From Tubiluchus corallicola (Eukaryota > Animalia > Priapulida): a DNA stretch of 64,000 nt. The position numbers and the translations under genes are program-made. Below the pieces are notes generated by a model, which made no database searches, was not told where the DNA came from, and was given only the letters and a program-made list of their open reading frames with translations. Position 1 is the first letter of the stretch. Each line of letters opens with the position of its first letter. Location: contig JAQGDQ010000659.1 in NCBI GenBank assembly GCA_030141605.1, positions 1 through 64,000 of the forward strand, in the 5' to 3' direction. This document shows positions 1 through 11,509 of this stretch, piece after piece.

Positions 1-54
1 TTCCTGGCCGAAACAACAATATTATCACCATTATTATTGCATTTTATGTTTTAA

Positions 55-488
55 GCAAAATGGCAACCCTGGCTGAGAGTTAGCTACAAAAAAAACATGT
101 CTAGCCTCGAATACGACAAAGCAAAATGGCAACCCTGGCCGAGAGTTAGCTACAAAAAAACATGCCTAGCCTCCAATACGACTAAGCAAAATGGCAACCC
201 TGGCCGAGAGTTAGCTACAAAAAAACATGTCTAGCCTCCAATACGACAAAGCAAAATGGCAACCCTGGCCGAGAGTTAGCTACAAAAAAACATGTCTAGC
301 CTCCAATACGACAAAGCAAAATGGCAACCCTGGCCGAGAGTTAGCTGTAAAAAACACGTCTAGCCTCCAATACGACAAAGCAAAATGGCAACCCTGGCCG
401 AGAGTTAGCTGTAAAAAACATTTCTAGCCTCCAACATGACAAAGCAAAATGGCAACCCTGGCCGAGTTGGCTGCAAAAAAACATGTCT
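55..488. repeat. ~65-bp minisatellite, ~7 copies, in an ALDH4A1 intron
   Basis: GCAAAATGGCAACCCTGGCCGAGAGTTAGC recurs at 55, 121, 186, 251, 316, 380 and 444. Confidence 0.95.
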
Positions 489-712
489 TCTTCCTGGCCG
501 AAACAACAATATTATCACCATTATTATTGCATTTTATGTTTTAAATTTAAAATTAACTTTTAATGTGACTGTGTCAGGTTAATGTATGTACAATTCCAGG
601 CCAGGTGTGCCACAAAAAATATTATCCCGGGCCGGGAATTGAACTTGCGGCCATCTAACTAAAACTCGATTCAAATAAAGAAACTTTTCCTATCACGTCT
701 CCTTGTTTGCAG

Positions 713-3700
713 AGTGCGGCGGAAAGAATTACCATCTGGTCCTGAAATCGGCCGACCTGGAGTCGGTGGCCAACGGAACAATCCGGGCAGCGTTCGAGTA
801 CCAGGGACAGAAGTGCTCCGCCTGTTCCAGGATGTATGTCCCCCGAGCGCAGTGGCCGGAACTCAGGGAAAAATTGATATCGAAGCACAAAGAGATCAAA
901 ATGGGATCGGTATGAAATTAAATTAATGATATAGTTTAAATGGATGTTTGTAATTATTATTGTTATTGTTACTGTTACTGTTACTGTTACTATTACTGTT
1001 ACTATTACTGTTACTATTATTATTATTATTATTTTTATGATTACTGTTACTGTTACTATTATTATTATTATTATTATTAATATTATTATTATTATTCTTG
1101 TTATTACTGTTACTATTACTATTATTATTATTAATATTATTATTATTATTTTTATTATTACTATTACTATTATTGTTATTATTATTAGTATTGTTGTTGT
1201 TGTTGTTGCTGTTGCTATTGCTGCTGCTGCTGCGGCGGTGGTGGTCGTCATCATGATTATTATTATTATTAACATTAGTAAATTATTGTTTATTGCTCAA
1301 CTTACTGTCAGTAATTTTTGACATGATTTTGAATTTAATCATTCTGATTATCATCACCTTTTTACTTCAAATGTAAATGTCCCACATCAAAAAAATTACT
1401 TTCATTTACATCATTTTTACTCAGATTACATTTCAACTGCAGTAACTTTATTAGCTGGCATTGGGGAATGCTTCAGCCCAGTTCACACTTTTGCTCACTT
1501 ATAACTCGCAAAATTTGTTTGCTTCTTCGTTTTCCTGAAGTCAAAATTATGTTAAAATTTCCTTACTCGAGGCGCCGTCACACTAGCGTTTTCTCCCCAA
1601 GTAACTCGCGAGCGTGTTCAGACTAGAGAACAAAACTTGCTCCAAGTTACTCTTCAATAGTAAGAGCGAACTCATACTCAGTTCACTGCGTCTAGAGTAA
1701 CTCACCAATTAACTAGCAAGCATGTTCAGACTATAAAGTTAAACTTGTTGCGAGTTACTCTATTACATGCATGATATTGTTCCACATGTGAGCCATGAGG
1801 TACAGCACAGCACAATGCAAAAATGTTTTCGTTGTTTAAATGTTAAAGTTTTGAAAGTTTTGTAAACGTATTTGTCTCTCTTTTCAGCCGCTGGATTTTG
1901 AAAATTTCATGTCGGCAGTAATCGATGAAAACGTAAGTTGATAATATCAAAGTTTATTGACTCAACACACACCGGACAAAAAACTAATCGTATTGAAGTA
2001 TTTCCTGTGCATTTTTTAAACAGACCAATGTATCATCGTATCCAATGATCATCCAATGTATCATCGTTATCATCGGATGCTAATCACATCTATTGTAGAC
2101 ATTGGACCGGCAGAACAAAAGAAATCTGCCCTTGAGGCAGGTAATCACAGACAGGTAAACCCAGACAGGTAAACGCAGACAGGTAAACCCAGACAGGTAA
2201 ACGCAGACTGATAAACGCAGACAGGCAAATGCAGACAGGTAAACGCAGACAGGTAAACCCAGACAGGCAAACCCAGACAGGTAAACCCAGACAGGTAAAC
2301 GCAGACTGGTAAACGCAGACAGGCAAACTCAGACAGGTAAACGCAGACAGGCAAACGCAGACAGGTAAATGCAGACAGGCAAACTCAGACAGGCAAACGC
2401 AGGCAGGCAAATGCAGACAGGCAAACGCAGGCAGGCAAATGCAGTCAGGCAAATGCAGACAGGTAAACGCAGTCAGGTAAACGCAGACAGGTAAACCCAG
2501 ACAGGTAAACGCAGACTGATAAACGCAGACAGGCAAATGCAGACAGGTAAACGCAGACAGGTAAACCCAGACAGGCAAACCCAGACAGGTAAACCCAGAC
2601 AGGTAAACGCAGACTGGTAAACGCAGACAGGCAAACTCAGACAGGTAAACGCAGACAGGCAAACGCAGACAGGTAAATGCAGACAGGCAAACTCAGACAG
2701 GCAAACGCAGGCAGGCAAATGCAGACAGGCAAACGCAGGCAGGCAAATGCAGGCAGGCAAACGCAGTCAGGCAAATGCAGACAGGTAAACGCAGTCAGGC
2801 AAATGCAGACAGGCAAATGCAGACAGGTAAATGCAGGCAGGCAAACGCAGGCAGGCAAATGCAGGCAGGCAAACGCAGTCAGGCAAATGCAGACAGGCAA
2901 ATGCAGACAGGTAAATGCAGGCAGGCAAACGCAGGCAGGCAAATGCAGGCAGGCAAACGCAGTCAGGCAAATGCAGGCAGGCAAACGCAGTCAGGCAATT
3001 GCAGACAGGTAAACGCAGTCAGGCAAATGCAGACAGGCAAACATCAGCACTATTCATAGGCTTCGGTCTGTTGCTCTATTTCGCCATCTGTAGTCTTTTC
3101 TGTTAAACAAATGCGAAGAACTGATCTTTAAACCTTACTGTATTTCAGGCTTTTAATGATATAACGTCACACATTGATTTTGCCAAATCTAGTCCTGACA
3201 TGGAGATTGTAGCCGGCGGTGGTTACGATAAAAGGTGAGTGACTTAGTGGTTGCTGGTTCGATTCCAGGCTTAATCATTTTGCTTTTTCATATTATGCTG
3301 ACAATAATATTGTGTAATCGTTGCTGGTTCGATTCCAGGCTAAATCACTTTGCTTTTTCATATTATGCTGACAATAATATTGTGTAATGGTTGCTGGTTC
3401 GATTCCAGGCTAAATCACTTTGCTTTTTCATATTATGCTGACAATAATATTGTGTAACGGTTGCTGGTTCGATTCCAGGCTAAATCACTTTGCTTCTTCA
3501 TATTATGCTGACAATAATATTGTGTGCTTGTGTAGCAAAATCGTCCATAAATCGGCAATTAAGCTTTTCTAGTTATTCACATATCCCGAATCTCCATTTC
3601 ATGAGGATCATTTTAATACCAAGTTCATCGCTCTATGTTATTTTCAAGCTGAGATAATCCGGTGTTGTGTTGTTGTTGCTGCTGCTGTCGCTGTTGTTGT

Positions 3701-4929
3701 TGTTATGTCAGGCTATGTGTATTTACTTACGTAAGTTTTCGCTCTGCGATAGCTTTCTATGTTGTTACCTATATAGTCGTTGATTATTTAAAGTTTTTCT
3801 ATAGCTTCTACATAATATAAATGTATAAAAGGAAAGACAAAACGCTTTTTGATATGTAAATCTTTTTTTCTAAATTTCGCTGTCTTTCATATCGTCTTTT
3901 TTTTAATTTTTAGCAAAGGTTATTTCATAGAACCAACAATAATTGAGACAAGGGACCCTTATGACAAGATAATGAAAACAGTGAGTATTTTTATCAGAGT
4001 TTAATTAAGGTATCTAACAGCTCACTAATTATTTTCTGCAAGCAATTAAAGTCACTTAGTATGTTGGGTTTAATTTACTGTTATCACTTAAACTGTTTGT
4101 GGTGTGCTAAAGGAAAGAACAAGTTATTCAGTATGCTGGGTTTATTTTACTATTATCACTTAAACTGTTTGTGGTGTGCTAGAGGAAAGATCAAGTCACT
4201 CAGTATATTGGGTTTATTTTACTGTTATCACTTAAACTGTTTGTGGTGTGCTAGAGGAAAGATCAAGTCACTCAGTATATTGGGTTTATTTTACTCTTAT
4301 CACTGAAACTGTTTATGGTGTGCTAAAGGAAAGAACAAGTCACTCAGCATGTTGGGTTTATTTTACTGTTATCGCTTAAACTGTTTGTGGTGTGCTAAAG
4401 GAAAGAACAAGTCATTCAGCATGTTGGGTTTATTTTACTGTTATCACTTAAACTGTTTGTGGTGTGCAAAAGGAAAGAACAAGTCATTCAGTATATTGGG
4501 TTTATTTTGCTGTTTTCATTTAAACTGATTGTGGTGTGCTAAAGGAAAGAACAAGTCACTCAGTATGTTGGGTTTATTTTGCTGTTTTCATTTAAACTGA
4601 TTGTGGTGTGCTAAAGGAAAGAACAAGTCACTCAGTATGTTGAGTTTATTTTACTGTTATCACTGAAACTGTTTGTGGTGTGCTAAAGGAAAGAACAAGT
4701 CACTTAGCATGTTGGGTTTATTTTAATAATTTTCATATAATATATGAAAATGTTTTCTGAGATGTTTCTGAAATTGTATTTGTTAACGTCAGATTCCGTT
4801 TCAGGAGCTGTTTGGACCGGTGGTCAGCGTTTACGTCTATCCAGATGACCAAGATCTAGCAGATGTGATAAATATAGTGAAAAGCGCGACGCAGTTTGCT
4901 TTAACTGGTGCTATATTCGGTCAGGATAG
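713..4929 (+). CDS. ALDH4A1: Delta-1-pyrroline-5-carboxylate dehydrogenase (ALDH4A1), partial: 5 internal exons
   Basis: Phase-compatible AG/GT-bounded exons 713-909, 1888-1932, 3149-3234, 3914-3980 and 4805-4929. They give ECGGKNYH...AFEYQGQKCSACSRMYVP (catalytic Glu and Cys motifs), PLDFENFMSAVIDEN, AFNDITSH...IVAGGGYDKS, KGYFIEPTIIETRDP and ELFGPVVSVYVYPDD...ALTGAIFGQD, collinear with ALDH4A1. The 5' exons lie upstream of the window; the final exons were not found. Confidence 0.93.
945..1290. repeat. Compound trinucleotide microsatellite (TTA/CTG/TTG)n
   Basis: Visible low-complexity tract; it explains the Ile/Val/Thr-rich ORFs. Confidence 0.95.
2147..3042. repeat. 14-bp minisatellite (ACAGGTAAACGCAG variants)
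   Basis: Continuous tandem array in an ALDH4A1 intron. Confidence 0.95.
3248..3525. repeat. 70-bp tandem repeat, 4 copies
   Basis: GTTGCTGGTTCGATTCCAGGC at 3250, 3320, 3389-3390 and 3459. Confidence 0.95.
3521..3662 (-). mobile_element. Terminal fragment of the ~650-bp TIR element family found at 43.3 kb and 57.7 kb
   Basis: Reverse complement of ~43826-43966. Confidence 0.7.
4049..4725. repeat. 72-bp minisatellite, ~9 copies
   Basis: AACTGTTTGTGGTGTGCTAAAGGAAAGAACAAG recurs with a 72-bp period. Confidence 0.95.
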
Positions 4930-4954
4930 GTACGTATTCTAGACAATGCAACGT

Positions 4955-7083
4955 TCTCTACTTGCTACTTGTTTTCAGGTTAATAGATGGCAGCACATGC
5001 CTTGTTATCTTAGCAAGTGATTCGTATCACAGTTTTCTACAATGACTGTTATCTCCAGAAAATGACTCTTTACTTGCTACTTGTTTTCAGGTTAATAGAT
5101 GGCAGCACATGCCTAGTTATCTTAGCAAGTGATTCGTATCACAGTTTTCTACAATGACTGTTATCTCCAGAAAATGACTCTTTACTTGCTAGTTGTTTTC
5201 AGGTTAATAGATGGCAGCACATGCCTAGTTATCTTAGCAAGTGATTCGTATCACAGTTTTCTACAATGACTGTTATCTCCAGAAAATGACTCTTTACTTG
5301 CTAGTTGTTTTCAGGTTGATAGATGGCAGCACATGCCTAGTTATCTTAGCAAGTGATTCGTATCACAGTTTTCTACAATGACTGTTATCTCCAGAAAATG
5401 TCTCTTTACTTGCTAGTTGTTTTCAGGTTAATAGATGGCAGCACATGCCTAGTTATCTTAGCAAGTGATTCGTATCACCATTTTCTACAATGACTGTTAT
5501 CTCCAGAAAATGACTCTTTACTTGCTAGTTGTTTTCAGGTTAATAGATGGCAGCACGTGCCTAGTTATCTTAGCAAGTGATTCGTATCACAGTTTTTTAC
5601 AATGACTGTTATCTCCAGAAAATGACTCTTACTGGCTACTTGATTTCAGGTTGATAGATGGCAGCACATACCTAGTTATCTTAGCAAGTGATTCATATCA
5701 CAGTTTTCTACAATGACTGTTATCTCCAGAAAATGACTCTTACTTGCTAGTTGTTTTCAGGTTGATAGATGGCAGCACATACCTTGTTGTCTTAGCAAGT
5801 GATTCGTATCACAGTTTTCTACAATGACTGTTATCTCCAGAAAATGACTCTTACTTGCTAGTTGTTTTCAGGTTGATAGATGGCAGCACATACCTTGTTG
5901 TCTTAGCAAGTGATTCGTATCACAGTTTTCTACAATGACTGTTATCTCCAGAAAATGACTCTTTACTTGCTAGTTGTTTTCAGGTTGATAGATGGCAGCA
6001 CATACCTTGTTGTCTTAGCAAGTGATTCGTATCACAGTTTTCTACAATGACTGTTATCTCCAGAAAATGACTCTTTACTTGCTAGTTGTTTTCAGGTTGA
6101 TAGATGGCAGCACATACCTAGTTATCTTAGCAAGTGATTCGTATCACAGTTTTCTACAATGACTGTTATCTCCAGAAAATGACTCTTACTTGCTAGTTGT
6201 TTTCAGGTTGATAGATGGCAGCACATACCTAGTTATCTTAGCAAGTGATTCGTATCACAGTTTTCTACAATGACTGTTATCTCCAGAAAATGACTCTTAC
6301 TGGCTACTTGTTTTCAGGTTGATAGATGGCAGCACATGCCTAGTTATCTTAGCAAGTGATTCGTATCACAGTTTTCTACAATGACTGTTATCTCCAGAAA
6401 ATGACTCTTTACTTGCTAGTTGTTTTCAGGTTAATAGATGGCAGCACATGCCTAGATCTTAGCAAGTGATTCGTATCACAGTTTTCTACAATGACTGTTA
6501 TCTCCAGAAAATGACTCTTTACTTGCTAGTTGTTTTCAGATTGATAGATGGCAGCACATGCCTAGTTATCTTAGCAAGTGATTCGTATCACAGTTTTCTA
6601 CAATGACTGTTATCTCCAGAAAATGACTCTTTACTTGCTAGTTGTTTTCAGGTTAATAGATGGCAGCACATGCCTAGTTATCTTAGCAAGTGATTCGTAT
6701 CACAGTTTTCTACAATGACTGTTATCTCCAGAAAATGACTCTTTACTTGCTAGTTGTTTTCAGGTTAATAGATGGCAGCACATGCCTAGTTATCTTAGCA
6801 AGTGATTCGTATCACAGTTTTCTACAATGACTGTTATCTCCAGAAAATGACTCTTTACTTGCTAGTTGTTTTCAGGTTAATAGATGGCAGCACATACCTA
6901 GTTATCTTAGCAAGTGATTCGTATCACAGTTTTCTACAATGACTGTTATCTCCAGAAAATGACTCTTTACTTGCTAGTTGTTTTCAGGTTGATAGATGGC
7001 AGCACATGCCTAGTTATCTTAGCAAGTGATTCGTATCACAGTTTTCTACAATGACTGTTATCTCCAGAAAATGACTCTTACTG
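4955..7083. repeat. ~112-bp minisatellite, ~19 copies
   Basis: ATGGCAGCAC at 4987, 5099, 5211 and onward, period 111-112. Confidence 0.97.
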
Positions 7084-7159
7084 GCATATTATCTCTTTGG
7101 TGAATTATCCACTCGAAAATAATGCCACTTTTGAAGAAGAAATTTCAGTTAGAAGTCTA

Positions 7160-7259
7160 TGGCCAGAAAATTGCAATTTGATCCACCATGGGTGCCTACG
7201 CGGCCCCCAAACCCCCGGCCTGTTTCAGAGTTTTTTGCAATTTGTCATTCTCATCCCTG
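7160..7259. mobile_element. End fragment of the hAT-like CAGGGATGAGAAT family
   Basis: Reverse complement of ~51405-51515; ends ATTCTCATCCCTG. Confidence 0.65.
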
Positions 7260-7303
7260 CACATATGAAGAAGTAAATTATTCCAACACTTAACTGAGGC
7301 AAG

Positions 7304-8890
7304 AAAATCTTTCTATCTGTACTAACTCGCATGTTTAAACCCGCAACGAATGCACTCATCCGATCAGACGCCAAGGCAGGCACGCGTCTATTTTGTAAAA
7401 ATCTTTCTAACTGTACTAACTCGCATGTTTAAACCCGCAACGAATGCACTCATCTGATCAGACGCCAAGGCAGGCACGTGTCTATTGCTTAATCCGGTAA
7501 TTGACTCGACTACCTAGCTAATGAGGGCTTAATCCGTTAATTGACTTGCAAGACATGACACCCGCGACTATTTAAGTGCGTGTACCTGTTTTTAAAAAAA
7601 AAGCCCGTTGGAATGTACAGCAAGCAGACAGTAGGACAGCTGCCGTCTAGATAAAATTGAATGCCCGCAGCCTTCTAGTCTGCACGAATTTCAATGAGTC
7701 AGTATTTTTTAGGTGAGGATATATATATAATCCCAAAAACTCACAAGTTGCATTAGCCACATTTTTATTGAAAGATTTCTTTTTTTGACAATAGGGTATT
7801 TAAAATTTTACTTTTATCTAGACTAGATGTACAAAGAGAAAAAAACTGAGGCGCTTTACTATTAGACTAAAATTGCCAGAGACTGAAGTGTATTTACTTT
7901 TTAAAATATTCATTTATCTTTATCCTGATGGGGTGTACCTTTACTATTTAAAAAATATTCATTTATCTTTATCCTGGTCGGATGCTTTCTTCCGGTTGAC
8001 AAAAACGATGTTGGGTGGGGGACCCATGCTCGTTGATGACGCCGTTATTGTTGTTGTTGCTGACGATGTTGTTGATGTTAGGGTCGCGTCTGCTAGCAAT
8101 ATGCCGCCACCGCTAACATCAACAACATCGTCAGCAACAACAGCAATAACGGCGTCATCAACGAGCATGGGTCCCCCACCCAACATCGTTTTTGTCAACC
8201 GGAAGAAAGCATCCGACCAGGATAAAGATAAATGAATATTTTTTAAATAGTAAAGGTACACCCCATCGGGATAAAGATAAATGAATATTTTAAAAAGTAA
8301 ATACACTTCAGTCTCTGGCAATTTTAGTCTAATAGTAAAGCGCCTCAGTTTTTTTTTCTCTTTGTACATCTAGTCTAGATAAAAGTAAAATTTTAAATAC
8401 CCTATTGTCAAAAAAGAAATCTTTCAATAAAAATGTGGCTAATGCAACTTGTGAGTTTTTGGGATTATATATATATCCTCACCTAAAAAATACTGACTCG
8501 TTGAAATTCGTGCAGACTAGAAGGCTGCGGGCATTCAATTTTATCTAGACGGCAGCTGTCCTACTGTCTGCTTGCTGTACATTCCAACGGGCTTTTTTTT
8601 AAAAACAGGTACACGCACTTAAATAGTCGCGGGTGTCACGTCTCGCAAGTCAATTAACGGATTAAGCCCTCATTAGCTAGGTAGTCGAGTCAATTACCGG
8701 ATTAAGCAATAGACACGTGCCTGCCTTGGCGTCTGATCAGATGAGTGCATTCGTTGCGGGTTTAAACATGCGAGTTAGTACAGATAGAAAGATTTTTACA
8801 AAATAGACACGTGCCTGCCTTGGCGTCTGATCAGATGAGTGCATTCGTTGCGGGTTTAAACATGCAAGTTAGTACAGATAGAAAGATTTT
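7304..8890. repeat. ~1.6-kb near-perfect palindrome (~780-bp arms, ~31-nt spacer at 8082-8112)
   Basis: 7304-8081 is the reverse complement of 8113-8890 with few mismatches. The outer ends carry a ~92-bp tandem duplication. Confidence 0.95.
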
Positions 8891-9905
8891 TACAAAATGA
8901 AAAGATAATTTTAACTAACATTAGTTATTATTGTTCTGTCGGATAAAAAAGTGGATGACGACCAAAGATCAGACTCTGCTTTAGGTAATACCGCATCATC
9001 ATCGTCGTCATCATCATCATCGTTGGATACAGTTGACAAAAAAATAAAGAAACCCAGAAATTAATCATGCTCGGCGACGCGTGAGTAGACTGTATGTTAC
9101 ACGCGGTAACGTTCGTGCTAATGGTCGGCCCGTGCTAACAATCGTGCTCGGCGGTGTGTGCGCGTGTGAGTAGACTGTATGTTGCACGATGCGACCGCAT
9201 TGGATGGAGCGAAGAAGGCTTTTTCGGCGACGGCATCCATCCATCTCGGATAAAGGTAGGATAAAATTTTTAAAAATTGTATTGCAACTTAGACGCGCAT
9301 AAAAGAACATTCTAACCCGGATGAGGGTGGGGTAAAATTTTTAAAAATTGCAAGGCAATTTAGACTCGCATAAAAGAACATCCTAACCATTTAACGACGA
9401 CGACGAGACTGCTGCACGTGGGTAGAGAAATCTTTTAGCCCATTATCTAGCTAGCTAGGCGGCGAGAGTCGATTACCGGATTAGCCACAATTAGGGTGGA
9501 GCAAGCAAAGTGCGCAGCGAGCGCGTGTCGAACGGACGACTGCATTTACCGCGGAGGGGGGGGTGTTCTCGCCGGGCGCACCCCCCCAAAACGTGCGCGA
9601 GTCCCAACCGTCACTCCTAATCCTTAAATCGAGCACTTAACTAGCGCAACAATAGACCCACTTCACTTTTTTAGGGGGGTGATTTTTGTTCCCACCCCCG
9701 GCAGTCGAGGGGGGCGTGGCCCGTCGACCAACCGTCACTCCTAATCCTTAAATTGGTCACTTAACTAGCACGACAATAGAGCCACTTCACTTTTTTAGGG
9801 GTGTTTCCGGATTTTCGCACTTTTTTAGGGGTGTTTTTCCCCACCCCCCCGGGGAAATCCCCACCCCCCGGGGAAATCGGCCAGAGGCAAAACATCTATA
9901 CTACT
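8891..9905. mobile_element. Probable Polinton/Maverick terminal (TIR) region, non-coding remnant
   Basis: Ends ...CATCTATACTACT (5'-AGTAGTATAGATG on the - strand). GC-rich, with subterminal direct repeats (9607-9680 vs 9730-9800; CCCCACCCCCCGGGGAAAT x2) and an abrupt return to AT-rich DNA at 9906. No partner end or TSD is visible. Confidence 0.6.
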
Positions 9906-10198
9906 GACATTTTATCACCATTTTTAGTCTATTGTTATTGGCTTAAATCAAAATAACTATTAACAGATCAAATAAAAAAATAACTCTCAGTTTTAAAATT
10001 TTATTAATTTTAAAGGCAGAAAATATTCTAGTATCCCACGGGATACAACCGGTATGAAAGGGTTAAATAACTTATTATTGCCATTAATATCAACATTTTA
10101 CAGAAATCGCGAACTGCTGTCATTGTATCTTTGCGGAAGTGATGATTTTAAATGTTGATATTAACTAACATTTTTGATTGCATTCAAAATTACGTTAA

Positions 10199-10811
10199 AG
10201 GAAGACAGGATGATTTCTCATATACTACCCCATTTTCATGTCAGATATAAATTATACATTTTAACACATCTATACTAGAAAAGCGTTTCTGATAATTAAA
10301 TAATAGATTTGAAACTTAATTAACGCTGGGCGAGCTCAGCTATTGATGACATCACAAACTAACATGACTTATCAGCAAAAATATCCCACGAGCGTGTTGC
10401 ACGTGTTTGCGAAAGCGAAAATTGAAGTACAGTACTACTGTAAGATATTCAGTGTGTTGTACTAAAATTAGGCAAGTTTTAACATAAATTTAAAATTTCA
10501 AATTGATAGCTGTGCTCACGCATGAGCTGTCGAACGTGTGTTGTTCGTCATAAACCGACACATGTAAAGTTAGAGGTACAGCACCTGCTTTTTGTGCAAT
10601 GCGTTTTCGAAAGGCAGTCTTTAGTGCCTGTCTAACAAGCGAATAGAAATGCATGTAACAGCGGAGAACTAGTGACGTGAACATGAAATTGCGTTTATGT
10701 AGTAATAATTCTTTCACCTAAGTCATTTTTGAAAAAATTCTATATTTCCTTTCAATATTTTAAAGGATAGAATGTTTTGACCTACAGTTTAAGATTGGGT
10801 CCGGTTTTGCT
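10199..10811. mobile_element. Possible Kolobok-like non-autonomous element
   Basis: TTAA|AGGAAGACAGGA ... TCCGGTTTTGCT|TTAA: an imperfect short TIR flanked by TTAA. Confidence 0.35.
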
Positions 10812-10980
10812 TTAAGTGCACTTTACGTTTCAATGTGATCAGTCTTCTGGATCCATTTTATCCATTTACGGTAAATTTTAAGATATTTAGTGACAGTTAG
10901 TCAAATATTTATGTTATTCATCTGCTTACTTTGTATGTATATGTATTTGTGTTTGTCTGTATTTATTTTACTTTTTTGTC

Positions 10981-11250
10981 CACACTTCAGCCTGTACATG
11001 GGCCCACACTTCTGCCCGTACATGGGCGCACACTTCTGCCCGTACATGGGCGCACACTTCTGCCCGTACATGGGCCCACACTTCTGCCCGTACATGGGCA
11101 CACACTTCTGCCCGTACATGGGCCCACACTTCTGCCCGTACATGGGCCCACACTTCTGGCCGTACATGGGCACACACTTCTGCCCGTACATGGGCCCACA
11201 CTTCTGCCCGTACATGGGCCCACACTTCTGCCCGTACATGGGCCCACACT
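10981..11250. repeat. 24-bp minisatellite, ~11 copies
   Basis: Unit CACACTTCTGCCCGTACATGGGCC. Confidence 0.95.
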
Positions 11251-11509
11251 TGCACGATGAAAGGATTCATGTATCAGTTTTAATTTCAGCCAAATAAACT
11301 AGATTTAAACTAAACCAAACTTACTAACGCAAATGATTGCTGTTTCAATATGCGACACCTTTCTCTCTTATAGTACTCTCTTGATATTACATACTGTCAT
11401 AAATAAATAAAAATTATTACTACATGTAATTACTGTCTCATTTTGAAATGCCCTCCTGTCCCCTTGATCTTTTCACTCATTTAGCACGTTTTCCCTTGTT
11501 TGCGAGCAG

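Noticed and set aside
655-1321. Long Ile/Val/Thr-rich ORFs
   Set aside because: Translations of a trinucleotide microsatellite; only 713-909 (+) is a real exon.
2090-3106. Cys-rich and QAGK-repeat ORFs
   Set aside because: 14-bp intronic minisatellite open in several frames on both strands.
4955-7083. CRISPR-like regular arrays (also 47.3, 49.6, 53.2 and 59.8 kb)
   Set aside because: Whole units repeat with no unique spacers; there are no cas genes and the context is eukaryotic introns.
7873-8369. 120-aa and 136-aa ORFs across the palindrome centre
   Set aside because: Mirror-image products of the fold-back; the N-terminal halves are antisense readings. Only the C-terminal part may come from a real gene.
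10890-11297. MGPHFCPY-repeat ORFs
   Set aside because: 24-bp tandem repeat open in five frames.
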